Below are positions 1 through 7,806 of a DNA stretch of 64,000 bases, piece after piece. Source of the stretch: Proteobacteria bacterium SG_bin7. Its GTDB lineage: Bacteria > Bdellovibrionota > Bdellovibrionia > Bdellovibrionales > SG-bin7. The notes beneath the pieces were generated by a model. It made no database searches, was not told the origin of the DNA, and saw nothing but the letters and a program-made list of their open reading frames with translations. A program made the position numbers and the translations under genes. Position 1 is the first letter of the stretch. Each line of letters opens with the position of its first letter. The DNA is taken from the NCBI GenBank assembly GCA_002083485.1, contig LWDK01000045.1:240-64239 (forward strand), read 5' to 3'.

Positions 1-544
1 GAGGTGAGTCATTTGCAATATAAACAAACGTTGTCCCTGGTTTGAATTTTGGACCATTACGCTCACAGATTCCAGTGCGCACCAAAAAATCTAAAATTTC
101 TTCCGCTTTTAATCGTGATAACTGAAATCGATTGGCAATCTGGTCGAGAGTTTGTCCACCATCAATAAAAACGGAGGAAAAGACGGCAACGTAAATCCAG
201 CTTGAATAAAATATCGCTCGATCATGCGACGAGAGTTCCGTATGTTCGCCAACACGTGATTTTACCTTGGAACGATCTGCGAGGATCTCGTCTTTTTTTG
301 CAAGCCAATACTTTTTCGATTTTTGCGTACCAGCTCTATCAAAATGTACGAGCGTAAAAAAATATTCTTGCTCTAAGGGAGTCGTTTTTAAAGCGTCTGC
401 GAGTTCTTTAGCCTGATCAAAATTCAAATTTTTGATCCCGGAAATAACATGACCTAGGTAGCTTGGGTGCACCCCAACCGTCTTTGCAATTTTTGAAAGA
501 TTTGATGCACCTGCGGTTCCGAAATCATCTTTCAAAAGTCTCAC
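1..544 (-). CDS. TIGR02147/DUF4423-like HTH protein. The 3' end runs off the window and the N-terminus is shortened (GTG at 544-542, in-frame TGA at 562-560)
   Basis: My own minus-strand translation gives VRLLKDDFGTAGASNLSKIAKTVGVHPSYLGHVISGIKNLNFDQAKELADAL...DRAIFYSSWIYVAV...LDFLVRTGICERNG. It is colinear with the full-length paralogs at 10150-10965 and 60885-61697. It is absent from the ORF track because it is open at the window edge. Confidence 0.7.
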   Translation of the reverse strand, partial: MRLLKDDFGTAGASNLSKIAKTVGVHPSYLGHVISGIKNLNFDQAKELADALKTTPLEQEYFFTLVHFDRAGTQKSKKYWLAKKDEILADRSKVKSRVGEHTELSSHDRAIFYSSWIYVAVFSSVFIDGGQTLDQIANRFQLSRLKAEEILDFLVRTGICERNGPKFKPGTTFVYIANDSP

Positions 545-798
545 AGTTAAAAGGTACGATCACTATCCTAATGATTGGACGCCAACTCGCGTTCAGCCAA
601 GAGTTGACCATTAGATCTCGACAAATTTAGTGCGCGCCATTTAAGTCCGAGCTAAACCGACTGTTTTGGTTCCAACGGTTTTGGAACGCTATTTACGCTG
701 ATTTCTAAAAGTATTGATGAAAATTCCTCTAAAATTGTTGTATTATTTGGTATCCTAAGATACAGAAATCACAAAGTATTTTAAATTCTGCACTTTAT

Positions 799-816
799 CT
801 GCCGAATATTCGGCAG
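799..816. repeat. Palindrome CTGCCGAATATTCGGCAG, candidate left inverted repeat or hairpin of the IS (copy A)
   Basis: Perfect 9+9 palindrome 21 nt upstream of the transposase ATG. A related sequence lies at 2025-2046, and both are followed by TTTGGG. Confidence 0.45.
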
Positions 817-836
817 ATAAATTTGGGACAAATAAA

Positions 837-1884
837 ATGAGCTCAGCCATAAAATATCGATCGTATCCGGAAGTCATTAAAAGCGAAGTTGCGCGGACTA
901 AAAACATTTACCTCTTCCCCGACCGCGGCTATTCAAGAATGTGTAAAATATCACAAGCTCAGCCATTGTTTAGATGCTATTGGGCTTACCAAAAGTTCGT
1001 ACCGGCGGTGGGCTTCTGAAATTGGTCTTTGCAATAAAATAAAAAGTCCCTGTGAAAGAAGAAAGCCGTCGCAATTAACTGAAGATGAAGTGTCGATCAT
1101 GAAAAAATTTGTGACTGGCAAGAAATTCGCCCATATTTCGATCGCGTCTTTGCACTGGCTTGCGCAAAGAACTGGGGAGTTATTTTGCTCGCAGGAGACC
1201 TGGTACAAATACGTTAAAGTTTTTGAGTGGAAACGGCCATGGAAGAAAGAAAAAAAGGAAATAAAAAAATTAGGGATTCGCGCAAAAAGTCCCAACGAAA
1301 TCTGGCACATTGACGTGACCGAAGTTTCAATTGCGCCAAAGATAAAATTTTACATTCAAGCGATCATAGATAACTTTTCTAGATACGTACTTGCGTGGCG
1401 AGTAACCAGTGATATCACTGCTCAGGGAACCGTTGAGACTCTTAAGCTTGCCCATCAGAAATCCAGTGAGTTACTAAACACGGAATTATCAACAGAAGTC
1501 ATGATGGATCCAGGAAAAGAAAATAATAACGGCAAAGTGATTCAGTTTATTACATCCAATAATCTTCGCAGAACTCTTGCCCAAGTAGATGTACACTATT
1601 CGAACTCGATGGTGGAAGGACTATTTCACGCTCTCAAGAATCGATTTTTATATCACCAGAAAGTTAAAAGTGCTGAAGATCTTTTAAGAAAGGCTAATTT
1701 CTATTTTGAGCAACACAACAATGTTGTGCCACTGGCTGTACACAGTGGCGGAAAGCCGATTGAGGTTTATAAATCTACGTGGAATGATTCAGAGAAAGCA
1801 AATCTTCAAGAGAATAAAAAGCTAGCCATTTTAGCCAGGAAAAATAAAAACCGACAACCACCTTGCGAGAGTTGCCCCGTCTAA
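837..1884 (+). pseudogene. DDE (rve-type) transposase, frameshifted by an internal deletion
   Basis: The 60-aa ORF (837-1019) matches residues 1-29 of the 425-aa protein at 58812-60089. The 331-aa ORF (889-1884) matches it from AAIQEC onward in another frame. The DDE region is retained (IWHIDVTEV, MMDPGKEN, NSMVEGLF). Confidence 0.85.
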
Positions 1885-2024
1885 GGAAAACCACGAGGCA
1901 TCCAATTAATGTTTTTTAATTTCGCGGTCAACATATCAGACGAATTCCTGGGCAAGAAAAATCTGTGAGTGAGTCTTTTTTAAAGTCGACAAATTCCAAA
2001 AAAAATGATCGTCAAAAATCAAAA

Positions 2025-2046
2025 TTGCCGACGAAAAATTCGGCAG
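2025..2046. repeat. Imperfect palindrome TTGCCGACGAAAAATTCGGCAG, candidate right inverted repeat or hairpin of the IS (copy A)
   Basis: Its reverse complement, CTGCCGAATTTTTCGTCGGCAA, matches the left palindrome over CTGCCGAAT. The position is conserved in copy B (60227-60248). Confidence 0.45.
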
Positions 2047-2157
2047 TTTGGGTTCAAAAAGCCATAATTTTTGCCGCTACAGTTGGGTCAACATTAACGA
2101 ACTTAAATAGACTATCGAAAAATATTTCCTGCTCTTAATTTCTTTGCGTTATTTCTC

Positions 2158-2207
2158 ATGAAAAACTCAGAATGCACGGGATATGAAGCGATTTTTGAGT
2201 TTTTCAT
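2158..2207 (+). other. Conserved stem-loop in the IS 3' tail, with arms ATGAAAAACTCA and TGAGTTTTTCAT
   Basis: 12-bp perfect inverted repeat with a 26-nt loop. Copy B (60361-60410) has the same structure with one arm mismatch. It overlaps the start of a 43-codon ORF (2158-2289) that copy B does not conserve in length. Confidence 0.4.
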
Positions 2208-2322
2208 TGAAGAAACAGAAGGAAATTTCCTTAAAAACGTTTTAAATTGCAATGGGTTAGATTATTTTTTTATGAAGTGCTTGTCCTAAAAACAAATCTC
2301 TAGTCGCATATATGCGTTATCC

Positions 2323-2532
2323 CTACAGCCATCTTTTAACCCGTTTTAAAGGAGCTGCCTCAAAAGGCCAGCGAGGATAGACAGAGGTCAGGATTACCCG
2401 CCTACAACTTTTTTTGGCGGCATCGAGCTGAAAAATGGCAGTCACAATTACGCGATCAATAGGGCGCTGAATCCCGTATAAATACTCAATCGGAAAATAA
2501 GAATGACGTTCAGGATAAAAGAAATTTTTCAA
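2323..2532 (-). CDS. Hypothetical 69-aa ORF in a gene-decay zone (possible remnant)
   Basis: ORF track only. I recognise no convincing motif. Confidence 0.2.
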   Translation of the reverse strand: MKNFFYPERHSYFPIEYLYGIQRPIDRVIVTAIFQLDAAKKSCRRVILTSVYPRWPFEAAPLKRVKRWL

Positions 2533-3305
2533 TCCTGAAAAGTCGTTTGAAGAATTTTGTGAAACCGGGGGAAGTTGCTTTGGGACCTGTGATCATAATT
2601 GCAAACCTTCAAAGGCATACAGGATTAGAGGCGCTTGCCAAATCCAAAAGAAAGGTTTGTTCAGGCTTCCCACAAAACAAACACGCCAGTCCTGAAGTTT
2701 CTCAGGCTGGCGCGATCAGCTTTATTGAACTTTAATTTACAAACTCACCGACAAGAATCGAGGGTTATCTTGCCGAGCTCTTGCCTTGGGTTTTCTGTTT
2801 TTTTGGCTCCAAATAAATGACTTGTGGCCCAGTATATTTACAGTCCTCTGGGGTCATTAACTCCACGGATGAAATTCTTTTACCACCATCGGGGCAAGGG
2901 TAGTATTCGAATGCAGCACTCACGGTTCTTCTACAGGTACCATAAGTTTTTTCGTAGTTTATGTCGGAGACGACTTCCCACCGTTCCCGTCCTTCCCAAT
3001 CTCGCTCGGATCTACAATCTGACTCTACTTTGTGATCTAAGTTAGATATCGCCCCTCTACAAGATCTCCCCCCGGGCAGAAGTAGCGCAGCGGCGGCAAA
3101 ATTGTTTTATTTTTTTGGAGGAGCGATTGCCCTTCCAAAAATGCTTTGGTTTTAAGTCATTCTTTTGTTGGCCTTCTTGATCAATTTCACTTTCGTGATT
3201 TTGTCTACGATTTCAGCGCAAAAAAATCGTAATTTTTTCGTCAAACAAGAAGAAATGGATGACTGGCCTGTCATCCATATGAGTGTTTTTGGCAAATACC
3301 TAGAA

Positions 3306-3893
3306 CTATTTTGCCACAGACGCCCCCGAAGGCGATGCAACAGCACCATTGATACATCGATTGTAAACACGTTCCACTTCACGTCTGTTACCTGTAAAGA
3401 TAGATTGCCACAGATTTTCACGACAATCTTTAAGTGGCTGCATATACATTGGCCCATGCTGAACCCCACCCAATAATTTCTCGCCATTTTTTTGAAGATA
3501 TTCTTTTTCTAACGGTACTTTGAAGAATGCCGTCTCGGTCGATTCACTCTTGTGTTTATCCAAATGGTAAAGCGCACCACTCATTGGAGTGACCTCATCA
3601 TGCTCACCTTGAAAATAAAATATTGGAACATTCGAAATTTTGTATTTATCTGAGTCATATGGGCGGTGGGAACTCCCCGGACACAAACAGTTATCTAGAA
3701 CAAATTGGTCCTCACATTTAATTTCGCCGTCGAAATAGGTTGCTTCTGGATTTGATCCTTTTTTAATCCAGACTTCGTGGCATCCTACATATTGGGAAAT
3801 TAATCTCTCTGTTTCCTCTCGAGGATCACACTTCCGTCCGTAGGCTTTTAAAATCTGGAGAACCAGCTTTTCTCTAGCGTATTTGTTCTCCAC
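3306..3893 (-). pseudogene. C-terminal fragment of an alpha/beta-hydrolase-fold protein
   Basis: VPIFYFQGEHDEVTP (acid-residue strand) and GGVQHGP (His loop) resemble the C-terminal half of alpha/beta hydrolases. There is no GXSXG nucleophile segment, and the region upstream is occupied by the intron. Confidence 0.4.
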
Positions 3894-3975
3894 ACTTAAA
3901 CTAAAATGCGAGAAATTCAGCTATTTGGATATTCCTCAGTAAATAGTTATACGATAATTGGCAAGCATATTGACA

Positions 3976-3996
3976 AGTACGTTAAAATAACGTACT
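3976..3996 (+). terminator. Terminator-like stem-loop AGTACGTTA-AAA-TAACGTACT, 11 nt upstream of the intron 5' end
   Basis: Perfect 9-bp arms with a 3-nt loop, followed by the T-rich sequence atttgaattat. Confidence 0.45.
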
Positions 3997-4388
3997 ATTT
4001 GAATTATGTGCGCCAGGAAAGCTGGCGTCAACTAGCGGAATTAATCCGTCAGCATAGCCGAAGTAAAGGGTGCTGTACCGAAGTTCACACGATTGAAAGT
4101 AATGAAGATCGTGAAGCTGAGCTAAGGGAGCAGGTAGGCCGTAACGCAAGTGAAGCTATTGAGCTCCGTCATGTATTTGAGAGTGTGGGTGCCGAGACTG
4201 TATTTTATGTCGAAGGCAACACGCAGGCGGGAGGAAGTGCCCGAAGCGACCCACCGGAGTCCGAGTGCATGGCATATCTGCAAAAGTTGACGTTGGAACC
4301 TGGGAGATCCAGGAGAGGTTAAACGGATGTTCAAGATTATTTCAAACTTAACAGTAAGAACTGATCGCATTCTTTTTCTGGAAGTCAG

Positions 4389-5822
4389 ATGTCTTCACAC
4401 AAGCTGGGAAGTGAGGTAACTCTCATGGAGCAAAGGGAGACACAAAGGTTGAATCGCAGAAACTTTTCTTCACACGGACGCCGTGCCGACAACGTGAAGA
4501 ACATAATGAGCAAAGAGGAATTCAAACTCCAAGTTCAGAGCAATAGCTGGCTGCGGATAGGTCAGACCGCCAAATTTAAAGAAGTTGTTTTCAACAATCT
4601 CTTTTATCACTTCAATGTTGAGAATTTGCGCGAAGCCTACCATGCCCAAGACGGATCGAAGGCATTGGGGATCGACCAAATCACCAAGAGGGAATACGGT
4701 GCAGACTTAGATGCGAAGCTAAAAGACCTTGTGGATAGACTCCACAAAGGTACCTACAGACCGCAACCTAAGCGTGGTATTGATATTCCCAAACCAAATG
4801 GCAAGACAAGACCGATCGCCATTGGAAGTTTTGAAGATAAACTTGTAGAGTGGGTACTAAATAAAATTTTAAGTACCGTCTATGAGCCACTCTTCATCAA
4901 AACGTCGTATGGGTTTAGACCCAAACGTTCAACTTTCGATGCGATAAAAACTGTGTTCTGTTCGCTTTATCAAAAGAAACAAAACGCTGTAGTCGATCTT
5001 GATATTGCCAGCTTCTTTGACTCAGTCTCGCATAGAAAACTGATCAAGATGATTTCCAAGAGAATCTCTGATCGCAAGATACTGTCTATTATTTCACGCT
5101 TCTTAGAGGCTGGAGTAATCAAAGATGGGAAACTTACTATCAGTGAGCTAGGAACGCCACAAGGTGGTGTTATCAGCCCTACTCTTGCAAACATCTACTT
5201 ACACTACGCACTTGATGTGTGGTTCCTTGAGAACTTCACAGATAGTGGTGGTGTTATCAGTCGCTATGCCGATGACGTTGTGTTTACGTTCAAAGGTAAA
5301 CAAGAAGCTCAAGAGTTCATGGCGAAAGTCAGAGAACGCTTGGGTTTCTATGGTCTCCGTTTAAATGAAGATAAAAGTGGTATCGTCGATTTTAGACCCA
5401 GAAGTGGAAATATTTTTCACTTCACGGGATTTACTTTCTACTGGGGAAAAGATTATTCAAGTCACACAACGAGGCTTCGAGTAAAAACTCAGAAAGAACG
5501 ACTGTACAAAACTATCAACAATTATTGTGAGTGGTTAAAGTACAATCGTAATAAAATCAAACTTGCCGAAATTTGGAGTCAGACCGCTGCTAAATTACGT
5601 GGTCACTACAACTACTATGGAGTTCACTGCAATCGCCTCAAGCTCGTACACTACTATCAAGCGATCATTGGGCTATTATTTAGATGGCTCAATCGTCGCA
5701 GCCAGAAACGTAGCTACAATTGGGATCGATTCGCAGCTAAACTTCGGCAGGAACCACTACCGCAACCACCTCCGGTGGTCGCGCTAAAGAAGCTTTATCG
5801 AGGAGTGATTTATGGTCGTTAA
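4389..5822 (+). CDS. Group II intron reverse transcriptase/maturase, with no En (HNH) domain
   Basis: RT motifs RPIAIGSFEDKL, GFRPKRS, DLDIASFFDSVSH, GTPQGGVISPTLANIYL and RYADDVVF. Maturase X motif RGHYNYYG. The C-terminus has no zinc-finger/HNH segment. Confidence 0.95.
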   Translation: MSSHKLGSEVTLMEQRETQRLNRRNFSSHGRRADNVKNIMSKEEFKLQVQSNSWLRIGQTAKFKEVVFNNLFYHFNVENLREAYHAQDGSKALGIDQITKREYGADLDAKLKDLVDRLHKGTYRPQPKRGIDIPKPNGKTRPIAIGSFEDKLVEWVLNKILSTVYEPLFIKTSYGFRPKRSTFDAIKTVFCSLYQKKQNAVVDLDIASFFDSVSHRKLIKMISKRISDRKILSIISRFLEAGVIKDGKLTISELGTPQGGVISPTLANIYLHYALDVWFLENFTDSGGVISRYADDVVFTFKGKQEAQEFMAKVRERLGFYGLRLNEDKSGIVDFRPRSGNIFHFTGFTFYWGKDYSSHTTRLRVKTQKERLYKTINNYCEWLKYNRNKIKLAEIWSQTAAKLRGHYNYYGVHCNRLKLVHYYQAIIGLLFRWLNRRSQKRSYNWDRFAAKLRQEPLPQPPPVVALKKLYRGVIYGR

Positions 5823-5845
5823 CGGATCGAAACAACACTTTGAAG

Positions 5846-5878
5846 AGCCCGTTGCCTTAATAGGGCACGGCGGGTTCT
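5846..5878 (+). ncRNA. Group II intron domain V
   Basis: GAGCCCGTT/GGCGGGTTC forms a 9-bp lower stem containing the AGC triad. There is a 2-nt AC bulge on the 3' strand and a short upper stem GCC(T)..(A)GGC. Confidence 0.8.
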
Positions 5879-5978
5879 GTGAGGAGCTTGCTCTTCCCCG
5901 ATGGGAAGAGTAGGTTTACTCGATGACTCGCGTTGATTTCATCTTGTATCAAAGGCTTTAAGAAAGTTACCAGGGTTC

Positions 5979-6197
5979 GTGCTTGACAAGTTAAATGCGT
6001 GGGTTCGGTCTGTGGAAGATCATGGTATTCGAGAGGTTAGGAAAATTCCTGGATACCACGATGAGCCGTTGAAGGGGCAGAGAAAAGGTCAACGCTCAGT
6101 TAGACTTTCAAAAGCTTATAGAGCTATTTATACAGAGCATGGCGAAGGCGAAGTTGAAATTATTTTAGTCGAAGAGGTAAACAAACATGAATACTAA
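5979..6197 (+). CDS. RelE/ParE-superfamily (HigB-like) toxin. The ORF as called starts at a GTG and lacks the N-terminal ~19 aa (see findings)
   Basis: IPGYHDEPLKGQRKGQRSVRLSKAYRAIY...VEIILVEEVNKHEY is a typical RelE-fold core. It lies upstream of, and overlaps by 11 nt, an HTH antitoxin (the HigBA gene order). Confidence 0.7.
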   Translation: MLDKLNAWVRSVEDHGIREVRKIPGYHDEPLKGQRKGQRSVRLSKAYRAIYTEHGEGEVEIILVEEVNKHEY

Positions 6198-6510
6198 GTA
6201 TGGTCTTAAAGAATTAGAGTCTGAGTTTGGAAAGTTGACTTTTGGTAGGCTTCTTCGTTCGCACCGCTTGGGTGAGGAGCTTAGCCAGGTGCAGATGGCT
6301 AAGCTTCTTAAGATCTCTAAGCAGAGCTTAAATGATCTTGAAAATGGTCGCACGATCCCATCTATTTCCAGGGCTTCTGAGATTGCGAAGAAGATTGGTT
6401 TGATGGAAGCAACTCTTGTTGAGTTGGCGATTCAGGACCAAATTCATCGTGAAAAATTAAACCTTACCGTTAAAGTCGAAGGTAAGACCAAATCGCGAAA
6501 AGCGTCCTAA
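6187..6510 (+). CDS. XRE-family HTH antitoxin (HigA-like)
   Basis: HTH segment LSQVQMAKLLKISKQSLNDLENGRTIPS. Overlaps the toxin stop codon. Confidence 0.75.
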   Translation: MNTKYGLKELESEFGKLTFGRLLRSHRLGEELSQVQMAKLLKISKQSLNDLENGRTIPSISRASEIAKKIGLMEATLVELAIQDQIHREKLNLTVKVEGKTKSRKAS

Positions 6511-6577
6511 AAAGAATATAAAACGTACTGGCTTTGGCCGAAATCGCATTGAAATCTGGGGTCTCAAATCTTAAAAA

Positions 6578-6608
6578 TTGGAGAACAATTATGGAGAACA
6601 TTTTTTCG
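6578..6608 (+). repeat. 31-bp direct repeat, copy 1: TTGGAGAACAATTATGGAGAACATTTTTTCG
   Basis: Identical to 7127-7157. Lies 8 nt downstream of the stop of the BrnA-like gene. Confidence 0.95.
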
Positions 6609-6615
6609 GGGAGAG

Positions 6616-6858
6616 CTAGCCGGCTTTAACCTTCATAGCTTTTTCAAGTTTCTCAAGTCGCTTCTCAAACGAATTTTCAAGTCCCTCTTTGAGTTTAATC
6701 TGCATAAGCGTTTGGTAACCAATGCCAAGCTTTTCAGCCTCTGCACGATAGGCATTCAGAAGCTCACCGGAAACACGAATCGTGATATTTGCTTTGATGT
6801 TCTCTGGTTTTACATCCTCATCAGTCAGAAGATTTTTAGGTTCTTTATTCCTCTTCAT
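6616..6858 (-). CDS. BrnA-like (ribbon-helix-helix, DUF4415-type) antitoxin
   Basis: ITIRVSGELLNAYRAEAEKLGIGYQTLMQIKLKEGL matches the BrnA signature as I recall it (..tiRld.d.l..fk......GYQT.in..L). Overlaps the upstream gene by 14 nt. Confidence 0.75.
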   Translation of the reverse strand: MKRNKEPKNLLTDEDVKPENIKANITIRVSGELLNAYRAEAEKLGIGYQTLMQIKLKEGLENSFEKRLEKLEKAMKVKAG

Positions 6859-7081
6859 GGTAATGCCTCCACTCGTTCATCAGAACATCGCTGTTTTGCG
6901 CGATGATCGATTGCAATCGTTTAATATCTTTCTGAGAAACGCCTTTATTGCGAATCACTTCTTGGGTCACGATTTCAATAATAACGTAAATCCCTGGCCC
7001 AACACAGTGAACATGGGCTGGCCTATGATCTTTGGTGTTGATGATAATTTTAAACGGGCCAATCACGAAGATCGTCGGCAT
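6845..7081 (-). CDS. DUF4160-family protein (78 aa) in the toxin position of a two-gene cassette
   Basis: MPTIFVIGPFKIIINTKDHRPAHVHCVG matches the DUF4160 N-terminal signature (MPTI...DH.PpHvHv). I chose the ATG at 7081 rather than the track start at 7222, because a consensus promoter sits immediately upstream. Confidence 0.75.
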   Translation of the reverse strand: MPTIFVIGPFKIIINTKDHRPAHVHCVGPGIYVIIEIVTQEVIRNKGVSQKDIKRLQSIIAQNSDVLMNEWRHYHEEE

Positions 7082-7088
7082 GTATTTC

Positions 7089-7117
7089 ATTATACATACA
7101 TTGCACATATATGTCAA
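7089..7117 (-). promoter_or_regulatory. Consensus sigma70-type promoter TTGACA-N17-TATAAT, 7 nt upstream of the DUF4160 ATG (implies a leaderless transcript)
   Basis: The minus strand reads TTGACAtatatgtgcaatgtatgTATAATgaaatacATG. The -35 is at 7117-7112 and the -10 at 7094-7089. Confidence 0.6.
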
Positions 7118-7126
7118 GTCTTGGAT

Positions 7127-7193
7127 TTGGAGAACAATTATGGAGAACATTTTTTCGTGGAGAACAATCTTTTCTCCGGCAAATTTGTTCTCC
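7127..7193 (+). promoter_or_regulatory. 31-bp direct repeat copy 2 (7127-7157) plus a GGAGAACA iteron array
   Basis: GGAGAACA occurs at 7129-7136, 7142-7149 and 7159-7166. The inverted copy TGTTCTCC is at 7186-7193, with a partial TTCTCC at 7172-7177. The array sits directly upstream of the -35. Confidence 0.7.
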
Positions 7194-7701
7194 ATGCTCA
7201 AAGTGAAACGCAAGGAATCCAATTATTTAGAACTTTTTATTTTCAACTATCATGGTTCGAAGATCGTCGGCTAGGGGGCACCATACAATTGAAACGATAT
7301 CTATTCAGTAGTTGCATGCAAAAGATGTTATTTTCTTACTATAGTATTTATGCGATCGGAGTTCATATGAAAAAACTTATTTTATTATTAATTACTATTT
7401 CATTTACTTCGTTCGGTGCAAATGCCGAGTTTTATGTCTGGTCCAAAATGAACAGAGGGCCAGAGTTTTAGTATGACCTTTGGTTCGCGATTTGATCCCC
7501 GCCGTGAGCGGACGTTTGTCTCAGCCAAAATTTAAACGATAGCTTCAAATCCGAGTGATTTTAATTTGTACATTTCTGAAATCTTTCTGGCGCGCAAGGT
7601 TCAGCAAAGATATGGAAAAATGACCGTCAATGACTAACGCGATTCTCAACGGTCAAGAAGCCAGAAACAAACATGTGAATGAAGTACTCGTAAAGGCAAT
7701 T

Positions 7702-7806
7702 TATTTGTGGCGAAATTTTATATCGAGTCGAAAGCTCTTCTGAACCTTGAGACCCTGACGTTTCTTGGCAGGTTTTGCTTTTGAAAGATCGTATTTTGTT
7801 TTCATG
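7702..7806 (-). pseudogene. Truncated BrnA-like antitoxin remnant (34 codons)
   Basis: My translation is MKTKYDLSKAKPAKKRQGLKVQKSFRLDIKFRHK*. It matches a BrnA N-terminus up to the RLD motif and then stops. Its ATG overlaps the BrnT stop (ATGA). Confidence 0.4.

Larger units (their letters stand above)
569..2295 (+). mobile_element. Internally deleted copy (A) of a ~1.95-kb IS-like repeat
   Basis: Colinear nucleotide homology with 58546-60496, covering the 5' leader, the transposase ORF and a ~400-nt 3' tail. About 230 nt of copy B (roughly 58899-59129) are missing after ccccgac (ends 923). Confidence 0.8.
4008..5919 (+). mobile_element. Bacterial group II intron (ribozyme plus RT ORF). The 3' boundary is approximate
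   Basis: GTGCG at 4008-4012, RT/maturase ORF in domain IV, canonical domain V at 5846-5878, and a domain VI-like hairpin (ctcttcc/ggaagag) ending ...ggtttac at 5919. Confidence 0.85.

Noticed and set aside
3906-4370. 138-aa (+) and 82-aa (-) ORFs upstream of the RT gene
   Set aside because: They fall inside group II intron ribozyme domains I-III (GTGCG at 4008). This is structured RNA, not coding sequence.
7250-7275. GGTTCGAAG, resembling a tRNA T-loop
   Set aside because: The flanking sequence cannot form T-arm or acceptor stems, and there is no cloverleaf.
6782-7471. 229-aa plus-strand ORF spanning the DUF4160/BrnA cassette
   Set aside because: It lies antisense to two motif-supported genes and reads through the iteron array. 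It has low-complexity, motif-free sequence. Only its last 34 codons (7367-7471, MKKLILLLITISFTSFGANA...) look like a signal peptide, and that is too short to call.
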